Positions 36,978 to 46,994 of a DNA stretch of 64,000 nt are shown here, piece after piece. The stretch is from Hyphochytrium catenoides. Taxonomy: Eukaryota > Protista > Hyphochytriomycota. Position 1 is the stretch's first letter. Each line of letters begins with the position of its first letter. The position numbers and the translations under genes were made by a program. The notes below the pieces were generated by a model. The model saw only the letters and a list, made by a program, of their open reading frames with translations, was not told the origin of the DNA and did not search any database. Location of the stretch: NCBI GenBank assembly GCA_900088475.1, contig FLMG01000120.1:1-64000 (forward strand). The letters are read 5' to 3'.

Positions 36978-38087
36978 CTAGAGCATGATATGGGAGGTAG
37001 CCTCATAGAGTGCAGCTGCTAACACCCCGCCCATGAGAGGACCTACAAAGGGGATCCAGGCATAATGCCACTCTGATGAACCTTTGTTCGGGATAGGAAG
37101 GAGCCAATGTGCTAACCGAGGTCCGAAATCTCTCGCTGTATTTGCGGCGTAACCAGTTGGGCCGCCAAGCGCCGCCACGCAGACCGCAACGTAGATGGCA
37201 ATGTAGAAGGACACAAATACTCTCTTGTAGATGACGGACCATTCAGCGCTTACAAGTTCTGCGACGTCTTCGCCCGTGTAAACACCCCAGAGAAGCATCA
37301 TGGTACCTAGAGTTTCTGTCAAAAGGTTCTGCCACCAGTTGAAGACACTGGGACGAGTAGCGAATGCACTCAGCTTGGCAGATTGATCTCCGATTAGCTT
37401 TGAGATATAAGCCCATTCTTCTGGTCCTAGCTCAGGATGGTCCTCGTGAAGCTTTTCTAGCAGGTCTCCGTCCGTCATGTTGTACGCGCGCTTGGGCTTT
37501 GCGACCCGCTTGTAGTCCGCTTCAAGGTCACCAACCTCCAAGGTCCCGGAGGCCTCTCTGTAGCTCACACTTTCCCTTCCTCCTTCCTCCTCCTGGCCGG
37601 GAAGCGTAGTGTTTTGCCGTCTAAAGTTAAGCTCACCGGCATTGGGCAAGCCAAAGAATGACACAATGGTTGCTTGCGTCTCTTGCCGTCGCTCATGAGG
37701 TCGGAGATAAGGATCAGTCCAGTGAGGTTGAATGGGCCGTTTGACGGTAAGGTTAAAGTGCCCCAGAGCGTACACCCATGCGGTTACCGCGCCCAGGAAC
37801 GCTCCCAATATCTCAGCCGTGCTGAGCACAACGAAGTCAACAAAGTTCGCTCGTCCAAGGACCAGCTTCATCATCATAGAGGCAGGATTCAATGCGGCAC
37901 TGATGTGCGAGAAGCAGAGAAGAGGGAAGAAGAAAGCTAGGCCAAAGAAGAGGGCAATGAAGCCGAAGCCCATCTGGTTACCCTTCGTTTTGCTTAGAAC
38001 TTCATTCGCAATGAGAGAGTTACCCATGGCCATCACCCACCACATGCCCACCAGTTCTGCGGCAGCTTTGGTCCACAAAGTGGCCAT
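36978..38087 (-). CDS. glpF: Aquaglyceroporin (GlpF/GIP-type major intrinsic protein) with a long loop C, intronless
   Basis: SAALNPA, AEILGAFLGA, FATRP, NLLTETLGT, LGGPTGYAANTARDFGPRLAHWLLPIPNKGSSEWHYAWIPFVGP. The C-terminal block is of the Gram-positive GlpF type. Confidence 0.92.
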   Translation of the reverse strand: MATLWTKAAAELVGMWWVMAMGNSLIANEVLSKTKGNQMGFGFIALFFGLAFFFPLLCFSHISAALNPASMMMKLVLGRANFVDFVVLSTAEILGAFLGAVTAWVYALGHFNLTVKRPIQPHWTDPYLRPHERRQETQATIVSFFGLPNAGELNFRRQNTTLPGQEEEGGRESVSYREASGTLEVGDLEADYKRVAKPKRAYNMTDGDLLEKLHEDHPELGPEEWAYISKLIGDQSAKLSAFATRPSVFNWWQNLLTETLGTMMLLWGVYTGEDVAELVSAEWSVIYKRVFVSFYIAIYVAVCVAALGGPTGYAANTARDFGPRLAHWLLPIPNKGSSEWHYAWIPFVGPLMGGVLAAALYEATSHIML

Positions 38088-41000
38088 CTGACGACTTAGC
38101 AGGGGTCAATTGTTCGACTGACAAAACAATGTTTCGGTAGGTCAGCAGCAGGGCTGTGCGGTGTTCAACGTCGTTTCCGCGTTATGGTGCTGTTGATATT
38201 AGATTCCAAGCTTGTACTAGAGTCTGCTTGCTCTGCCTAGTGGATGGCAAAAGAGATAATGAAGGAAGTTACCGAACCATTAAGCTGGGGCTGCGATGGC
38301 TTTGACACTCGGCTTTACATTTTATGATGTGTGAATGCAGTGTATAGTCTGGGTACAAGTACAGAGGTAGAGCAAGAGAGATCGAAGGGACACAGAGGCG
38401 AGATCTGTGAATTGCATGGCCAGCATCCAGTACTTCCTTTGAACCCGAACCGTCCCTGTTGTACAGCGTCCCGTCCTTGTCCACCACATAGTGAGGACTG
38501 GCAGGCCCTGGCAGCAGAGCTACTGCTTCATCGACTGAGTCCTCACACGGTCAGATAACAAAGGGAGGAGAGCATCCATGAGATAGGAAATCATGCTGAG
38601 GACAAAGCAGGAGCCGACGAGGCAGCGAGGAGCCGGCCAGCCAGCCAGCAGATCGAACAGCTGGAGCTGCCTACGCCCTAAGAAGACCTAAGATCCTGCT
38701 GCACAGGGGATTATATACATATATAACCTGCAGACATAGATACAGACGGAGTGATGAGACTTCGTGATGATGAAGTGACAGGGCAGTGATAAGAAAGAGA
38801 GAGAGAAAGCAAGACCACTGCGGGAGATAATAAGCCATAGATAATATACGCGATGGAAGGACTGGAGGCGGCGCGGCTGGTGATGGACAGAACGGATGAT
38901 GGAAAGCTTACTTAAACGTTCTAATCGGCACTTTGGTCCTCACGTGGTTCACATGAACTTCTCTTCCTGTTTACGAAGAGGAGAACGACAAGCGAGAGTG
39001 GTGTTAGAAAATACCCAAGCACTAGAAATAGGCTTTAGCCCTTCGTACAAAGCATCTCATAGGCGATGAGCGTCAAACAGGCGAATACAAACAAGTAGTC
39101 CAGAAAATAGGTCTGGGATCGGGTCGTAACGCACAGAAACCATGCGGGGCATCATGTCAGAAGGTCGGCTTGTCCAAAATAACGAGGGACCTCCAAAACT
39201 GTCCCGAAATTAGTGAGGGCTCCTAGTTGTCTAGGGCTCCCGAAATTAGTCAGTGCTGATTATCCCACACAGACAACACGAGGATGAGACGGACAGACAG
39301 ATGATCACACGAAGTGGTAGATAGTAACAGCAGCAGGAAAGAGAGATCAGCAAACGTGTCCTGCTGCTGTTTGTCATCAAGGAGTCGAGATCAGCAGAAG
39401 AGGCGGCAGGGACTCTAATTGTCAAACCCGCGACGGCGAAGAAAATAGACTACGAGGGTCTCTGTCCCCCGAAGAAGAGCGAAGAAGAAGAAGGACGACA
39501 GGAGGACGGAAGAACGGAGGCTTCTGTGTGCTGTGAAGGTAGTTATAGCGGGGTTGATGATGATGATGAGGCACGGAATCGGCTTCTTCTCTTCGCTTCA
39601 TCAACGTTAATAGTCGTCGCAACGAGGGACCACTAGCAGCAGTACCACCAGCAGCAGCAACAATAGAACTTGTTGCCGGCAGTGGTGCTTGTTGAGAAGG
39701 ACCTGGGTGTAGGAGAAGAAGAAGGACCTGCCAGATATTCAAGAGTGACGCAGGAGGACGGCAAGCTGGAGATCATAGATATGACGTCTGGTGACAAAGA
39801 AGAAAGGGTTCCTCTATGTTTTAATTATTCCGTTTGAGATAAATATAAACACGGTAATGAAGATATTGAGGAGGTCGAACGAGCTAGACCACGTTTTTCT
39901 CATCCAATCCCTCTGCTAACAATGATGGCGAGGAGCCAACCACACGAGGATGCATACAAATACGTACCCACCACAGAAACGCCCGGGCAGCTTGATTAAT
40001 TGCTTGCAGCTCTCTTCGTAGTGGTCAATTCAAAAATGGCTCATGCGCCGTCTATGAACGAAAAGCTGAACATTGGCAGTCATTTTCTAGATTCAGGATA
40101 ACTCTAGTAGTAGAGAGTAGAGAAATGTCACATGTTCGCCGGGGAGGAAGGGCCTGCAGTGTACACTAATGATGCACCCGCCAAAGGGCTAACCGGCGGT
40201 CCTTGTTTACGTAAAGGATCCCTTCATTAGTTGTTGTTGGGCCTGTCATCATTGTTGCAAATGGACCGTCCTGACCTCCTTCCCACGAGCATAAGCTCTG
40301 GCTCGTACACCATAATAGACGACCACTTTTTACATATTATTATCCTGCTGATGATATCAATTATATAATACCGTCTAGCGGCGGACCCTCGGCCTTACCC
40401 TTATGCATCTCTAACTATGCCTTCTTCTTCTTGGGCTTAGAGATAGACAGTTCTGTCTCGGAGGACGACGATGAGGAGAACACTTTGACGCCGGTGGCCA
40501 TGTCCCGCGTGGATTGTAGTTACAAGATACCTACAGTCTTACGACGGCAAGTGCAAGAATCGATGGCAAAAAAGGTCTTGATATGTCTCATGGGAAAGTT
40601 GTCGCTAATGTCATGAGCACATCATCAGGGTGTCGGAGTGAAGGGAGGAGAGGAGAGGAAGAAGAGCAACGCTAAGCGTGGCCTACCTCCCCGCTTACGG
40701 CAGCAGATATGACACACACGCCGTTCAGTAATCCGCACGCAGCCTAAAGTCAGATATGTGGTCAGCTTTAGCTGTGTGCTCGGCCCTCCTTCAGAAAAAA
40801 TGAAGGGCAGGTGGATGGGTGGGTTGATTCCCTCTCTCTGTAGCCCACTCGGCCGGTCCGTGTGGGCATTTGGCTGGACCATTGTTTCGAGGAAGTATAT
40901 GCAGGCGGTGACCGTGGGAGGTGGGTAGGCAGCCGATCTTCGAAAGGTTGTTCTGGAGGGAAAGGGAATGGGGGGCGAGGGGGGGGCGGTGATGGTCTGT

Positions 41001-41815
41001 GTGTATGTCCTCTCTGCTCGCTCTGTGAGGCGCTGCCGGCCCAGGAGACAAGCAGTAATAAGTGCACTACTAATAACTACCGCCCCCGCCCCTCTTCTTT
41101 CCCTCCTCCTCATCGTCATCCATCTACTTCTTTCCTTTTCCTCCTCCTCTCCTCTCTGTTCATCGTCTATCCATCAGCAGCATCACTTCCCACCTAGCTG
41201 CCGCCGCGGCCTCTTTCCTGCTCCCACCCCTTCCTCCTCCTTCCTCAGATCTTTGTTTTCTCCATCGTCCATCATCGTCGGCGGAAGAAGGGGTCCCACC
41301 GACGCAGACTTTGCTAGCTTGTTCCTTACTCGAATCCGTCGCAGGGCAGAAAGACAGACAAGAGCCTATACTGCAGCAGTCCGAGGCCTGCGCTGCCCTT
41401 TCTCTGCTGTCCTTTCTCCTTGTTGTCCTTGTCCTCTTTCTCCACAATCCGTTGTTGTTGTCCTCCTCCTCCCATCGCACTCCTTCTTCTTCCAGTAGAC
41501 TACCGCCATCATCAATCCTTCTCCTCCCTCCTCGCACGCGCATCTCTGTCAATTTCGGTAACGGACAACGAAGACGAAGCATCATCGTCAACACCGTCAA
41601 AAAGGGTTCCTCGGCATATATCTGGAGCGAAAGTGGCCCCGTTCTACTTAGTTCAACCTTTGCCCATCATAAACCCAACAAGAAGTCATTGTTGGAGGTG
41701 TTAGTAGGATCTGGTCAACCCTTCTCTGCTCTCAGCCCACCAAAGCTGATCACTTGCAGAAGCAGCTCCATATATCTAGCGAGTAAGAAGGGTCCCACCC
41801 CTAATTCAAGAACTG

Positions 41816-43213
41816 ATGGGTTGGCCAAGGCAGAGCAGCACCACCAACCAGGCGCCTATCGTGTCCGCGTCGTCGTATGGCGTGCTCCTACTATTGCTCC
41901 TAGCCACCACCGGAAGCCTTCCTCTAGAGTCGGTGGTGGCAGATGGCGCTGTTGCGGCAGTCCAGCGTGTTGTCTCTCCCCCTGCTGCCCAGCAGGCTGG
42001 GTTGAATACTCCTTCGGCCACTCGCAAGGTGGTAGAGGGACATGACAAGAGTGCGGGTGTCCGTAAGGCAGGATTTATTACAAACGAGTCTAGAAACGCT
42101 TCTGCACTCCGGACTTCCGAAGAGTACCATGATCGGCCGACAACATGCAACGCAACGGTGTCAGGCGGCTGTGCAGAGATTCAGGATCTTCCTATTACTA
42201 CCAGCAGCGACAGGGCGAGTCACGCAGAATATCCTTTATCATCAGTAACCCCTTATGAGTTCTCCAGCGACTGGTTCTCAAGTAATATTCCGATCTGGAG
42301 CCAACTTCTTAAGCCCTTTCGTGGCGCTCCAGTGACCTTTATGGAAATTGGAAGCTTTGAGGGTCGTAGCGCCACTTGGCTGCTAGACAACATCCTCACC
42401 CACCCAGAAGCCAGACTCTTCTGTGTGGATCCGTTCCTTCCGTCCTTTGGATTCACAGCTGTGGCAGCAGACATGGAGCGGACGTATCACCGCTTCCGCC
42501 GGAACATGCGTCGCCATGAGGGCAAGTATTCGCTCTTGAAGGGATACAGCCACGATGTCTTAAAGTTACCGGAGGTTTCCGCGATGAAGTTTGACTTCTT
42601 CTACATCGATGGCAACCATTTCCCACAGATGGCACTAGAAGACGCTGTGCTCGCATTCAGGCTTCTGAAGGATGGCGGAGTCATGGTCTTCGATGACTAT
42701 AAGTGGGTTGGCGCCAAGGGGGATTACTCTCCTAAGTCAGGCATCGATGCCTTTGTGTACGCCTACCGTCCCCTCATAGATGTCCTCTTCAGTGACTACC
42801 AGTACATTATCAAGAAGAAGCCCCTAATGGAGCTTGCTCCGGCTTTCTTTGCTCATGAAGCCTCAATGAGGATCGCAGAGGCAGAGAGGAAGCTAGAGAA
42901 GAAACCCTCCCTGACTGGGGAGGAGGAGCTGAAGGCTTTGAGACTGCACTACGCAGTGGAACTAAACGCCATCAAGAAGCCTCAGGTAGCCATTGTGCAA
43001 GCGGACAAGGTCCTCGAGAAAGATAAAGCAAACGCAATGGCATACCGCAATAAGGTGCACTCTTATCTTTTGCTCGGTGAAAGACAGGCGGCGTTAGACA
43101 CACTGGCCCTGGCGGGAGAAAGTCTCGGAAGTCACCGCTTCGAGGCTGAGCTGGGGGCTGTGAAGCAGGCTATTCTCTCTTCTTCTGCTCCCACGTCCCA
43201 GCCGAAGACATAG
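41816..43213 (+). CDS. Class I SAM-dependent methyltransferase (Methyltransf_24-like) with N-terminal signal/anchor and C-terminal TPR-like helices, intronless
   Basis: FSSDWFS.NI..W, FMEIGSFEGRSATWLL, LFCVDPF, FDFFYIDGNH, EDAVLAFRLLKDGGVMVFDDY.W, PK.GIDAF. VLLLLLLATTG lies near the N-terminus, and there is a TPR-like A..VLEKD..NAMAY.N..SYLLLG....A. Confidence 0.88.
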   Translation: MGWPRQSSTTNQAPIVSASSYGVLLLLLLATTGSLPLESVVADGAVAAVQRVVSPPAAQQAGLNTPSATRKVVEGHDKSAGVRKAGFITNESRNASALRTSEEYHDRPTTCNATVSGGCAEIQDLPITTSSDRASHAEYPLSSVTPYEFSSDWFSSNIPIWSQLLKPFRGAPVTFMEIGSFEGRSATWLLDNILTHPEARLFCVDPFLPSFGFTAVAADMERTYHRFRRNMRRHEGKYSLLKGYSHDVLKLPEVSAMKFDFFYIDGNHFPQMALEDAVLAFRLLKDGGVMVFDDYKWVGAKGDYSPKSGIDAFVYAYRPLIDVLFSDYQYIIKKKPLMELAPAFFAHEASMRIAEAERKLEKKPSLTGEEELKALRLHYAVELNAIKKPQVAIVQADKVLEKDKANAMAYRNKVHSYLLLGERQAALDTLALAGESLGSHRFEAELGAVKQAILSSSAPTSQPKT

Positions 43214-44736
43214 TCTGGTAGCATTCTGGCACCTCCACTCTTATCCTCCATGCATTCTCTTCTTCTTCTTTTAGCAGAAGCTAATCCATGATTATATAAG
43301 AATATTTTGGCAAGAATAGGTCACACGAGATCACTCTCCCTCTTGACCTAATACGTCTACCGTGGCACATCACAGCGTCCTTATTATTAGCTGCGGGTTC
43401 GATTGCTTGATCTTCAGTTATAGCAAGCTAAGACAAGACGACGGAAAGGTAGCAGACTCTCATGTCCACGTGGAGTTCATGGAATATAGTGGGACAATAG
43501 CTAGGATGATGCCGGTGGTGCGGCTAGATGTGGACCTTAGCTCTGAAGAAAAAGTCTCAGGGTACTCTAACTCTTCTTCCTCTTGGAGTCTCTGTGCTAC
43601 TAGGCGTGTCCTTTATCTCCTTAAGGAGCCGCCGGACCTCGCTTGATCTGAAGCACCTGCTTAAATCCAAGTGCTTGCAATACCTTTAGAGGAGATGCTT
43701 TCGTACTCCTTACTAGAACCGCTACTAGCTGTGGTTATCCTTATTGCCCCTGTCATCCTAGAGAAGAGACTCTCCTCCGTCAAGCCACCTACACTCTACC
43801 TTCACGTTCACGAAACCTTCCCCTCGTCCGTCACAAATCTTTGCCACTTGCTGCACTGCTGAAGAAAGGGCAACTCAATCGTCCTCTCCCCTTGGCTGTA
43901 TGGCATCCCTTGAACGGCCCACCGAAGGCCTTCTCCCTTGAAATATCTCTTCCTCTGCGAATCTTCCTCTGCCTGTCTAAGAGAAGCTCCGTAGCCTTAT
44001 TACTGCCAAGACCATTTATGATGACTGATGAACTGATGAGCTGATGAGGAAGGAAGGTTCCAGCTCCAGTGCTGGTGCACGCATTGACCGGCTCCATCCC
44101 AAGTCTTCTCAGTTGCTTTGCCTCTCCAAAAGTCATAGAGCCGTCCATCATTCGGAAGCCATGGTTATTGTTAGAGAGTATCCTGCTATTGCCACCCGCT
44201 GTACTGGTCATGTAGCCGACGTCTACCCCCTACTATCTACAGTATAATAGCTCAGTGACGGAAAGGTAAACCTCTGTTTAGTAGGGGACAGGTCCCCTAA
44301 GATGCCTTAAATAGACTTTTCTAATCCGCTTAATAATCATCTTAGCCTCCCAACTTGTATAGAAAGGCCATGAAATAGTCCCCCAAGGAAAGAATAAATT
44401 GGGTCTCAATGCAACGGTTTGCTGTGATATTTTCCCTGTCCAACCCCCTCCCCGCACATCCGCCGCCCCCGCAGTGCATCTTCATGCTGATGCAACTTCA
44501 TCTTTCCTAATCCTTCGCCGCCCGGAGCGCGGCGCGGTTGCCTCTCAACTCCCAACCTCCATCGCCCAAACTTTTTTGCTTTCCCTGTTGCTGTCTGCCC
44601 TGCCCTCCTGACCTGCCTCTCTCGCTGCTCCTGCCCTTCCTCCCGTTCCCTTTCCTGGCGGTCCGTCATGCTTCCCGCTCTTTGCCCTGCTTGTTGATGA
44701 GTTGATGGACAAGCCGCGCTGCCCATGGACCGCAGG

Positions 44737-44869
44737 GAGCAGTGAGCAGTGAGCAGTGAGCAGTGAGCAGTGAGCAGTGAGCGGTGAGCAGTGAGCAGTG
44801 AGCAGTGAGCAGTGAGCAGTGAGCAGTGAGCAGTGAGCAGTGAGCAGTGAGCAGTGAGCAGTGAGCAGT
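44737..44869. repeat. (GAGCAGT)19 heptanucleotide tandem repeat
   Basis: 19 consecutive units, one of them the variant GAGCGGT. Confidence 0.97.
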
Positions 44870-45002
44870 GAGAGAAGAGAACTCGGACCAGCGGCAGCTT
44901 TGCAAGGCATTAGCGCATCAGGCGGCTGTGAAGCTTTATAGTCAGAATCGCCCTTTAACGGTGGTGTCCTTTGGCCCTGGCCACTTGCTGAGGAATAACA
45001 AG

Positions 45003-46716
45003 ATGACCACCGCGCTACCGCCATCCACCTCCTTCCCTCCGGCTCCCCCGCCAATGAATCGGCAAGGTGAGGAGAGCTGCTCAGCCTCTTGTTAACCGTG
45101 TTATTGGGTGGCGTTGGTGTCTTACTGCCCCCTCTTCTGTGGCTACAGATGACGAGTTTGACAGCCTCATCTTTGGCAAGGCTGAGAATGGAAAGCCGAA
45201 CAGTGGCAATGGGAAGGTCGAGTCTCCCTCCGGCTCCCCTCCTCCAAATGGAACGCGATCCTAGTAAGTTTTACTCATGGTCATTGCTTGAGCGCATTGT
45301 CGTGACGGACATCCTCCCTCTCTAGTGATGTGCCTGAGGATCGGTTCGTGGATGCCATCGGCCCTGTGACTCCTGCTGGTCCTGGCAAGCCGTCCACTCC
45401 GCGACGTGAGACAGAGAGCATGCTCTCTAACTCTACCTTATCAGACTCCAAGGTAAATGCAGAACTTACTTGCTCGCCTAAAATCTGTCTAATGACTAGC
45501 CACTTGCTTGGTTTATCTCCAGCAGAGCGAAGTGCTTGATCCAGAGGAGAAGCCAAAAAGCTCTATCGCCAATGTTCTTCCCGTAGACAAGCTAAAGAAT
45601 GGCGCAGCCAGCGCGGCAATGTGAGTTGCCCTGCTTCTGGGTCTCTCGGAGTGAACTTTCCTTCTCCCTATCTTGTGTGGCTTGCTCAGCCGCAAGTGGA
45701 CAGAGCACACTGCCTCTCTTATCCTCCGTACCGCTTTAATCCGCGATGATCCATTGTCCATTCTCTTTGCATGAACCTCCATCGCTCTCTGCGCGTCCCT
45801 GTCTGATGGTGGCCTTCGTCAACTTCCCTGCAGTGTCATGCGGATGGGCTTTCTCAAAGCGCAATCTGCTTCTGTGACGGCGTGGTCGAAGGTAAAGGAG
45901 ACTGAGGCCTTCAAGGTTACCAGCCAGACGGCGAGCCAGACAGCCACCAAAGTAAAGAGCACTGACGCCTTCAAGATGGTGCGCGAAACACTTAGGATCC
46001 CTTCCTTTCTCTTGCCTAGGCGCCCAAAGCTCTCAGTGTTACTGTCGCTTGGACTGCCACTGGGCTCTTATATCTATTCCGCATCCTTGTGGTTTGCTCT
46101 CTGTTCTATCTGCCGTCTTTCACTGCGGTTGCCGCGCGAGTACATTTGACTTCTTCTTGCTTCCTCGGACCTTTCTTTGACACTCTTCGTTGCCAGGCAA
46201 GTCAAACCACTGCAGTGGCTCTCGAGAAAACAAAGCAAAATGCGGTTTTCGCTGGGGAGAAGGCCCGACAGGGCGCCGCTGCGGCTCAAGAGAAGCTCGC
46301 ACCCATCGCCGCCATGGTCAGCCAATGTTTGGATCAATCTAAAGATGGTCTTGAGGCCTGTAATTCGCTCATTTCTTATTCTCTAACCTTTCCTGCGGTT
46401 GTATATTTATGTGTCTTCCAGGCGACGCGAAACGCTGCTGTTGGACTAGAAATGGCCAAGGTGAGCTGCCTCTTGAGTCATAGAAAGGAGAAACAAGGAA
46501 AGACGGGGCGAAGGGAAACTGGCAGATACGGAGGAGATAAGAGCAGCCCGACAGTCAAAAGCTGAAGGCCGTTTCCCTCTTCCTAACACCCTATTTCAGG
46601 CCTCTGCTGCTGCAGGAGTGCAGACCGCGAAGAAGAAAGTCGCTGAAGTCCAGAAAAGAAGATCGTCCAGTAACCCTCCGGCCCCCACCAGCAGCTCCGG
46701 CAGCGATCCTTTATAA
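45003..46716 (+). CDS. Small multi-exon protein with Ala/Lys/Thr-rich amphipathic helices (TPD52- or LEA-like)
   Basis: Consistent GT-AG splicing gives ...MNRQDDEFDSLIFG...AWSKVKETEAFKVTSQTASQTATKVKSTDAFKM|ASQTTAVALEKTK...GSDPL*. The family call is by resemblance only. Confidence 0.6.
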
Positions 46717-46994
46717 AGCATCTTCACTACTCCTCTCCTCCTCCTCCCCTATCTTTCTCCTTCTTCTTGAGCCATTGTCGCTTTTGAAAGGTCTCTCCCA
46801 ACTTTTAGCAACCCTAGCAGCAGTCACATAGCAATCCTCCCCACAAGTTTAGCGCATCTGAGAAGGTCCTCCGGGACTGGTGTGCGTCTACTTTATTTAA
46901 GAACTTTATAATGTCTTTCCACATTTTCTCTTCCCGTCCCGGACCGGCACTTCTTCCGCGTCATAGACCGCCTTTCTGTTAGCTCCCTGGCCTC

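Noticed and set aside
39200-39252. Doubled cccgaaattagt motif as a transposon end
   Set aside because: No matching inverted partner, target-site duplication or transposase was found in the window.
40625-41800. Several overlapping 100-240 aa ORFs upstream of the methyltransferase
   Set aside because: Low-complexity TC-rich sequence, most likely 5'UTR, intron and promoter, with no protein motifs.
44545-45054. ORFs with LTAHCSL repeats, or the heptamer as a telomere/CRISPR array
   Set aside because: These are translations of a simple tandem repeat. There are no spacers, no cas genes, and the unit is not a TTAGGG-like telomere motif.
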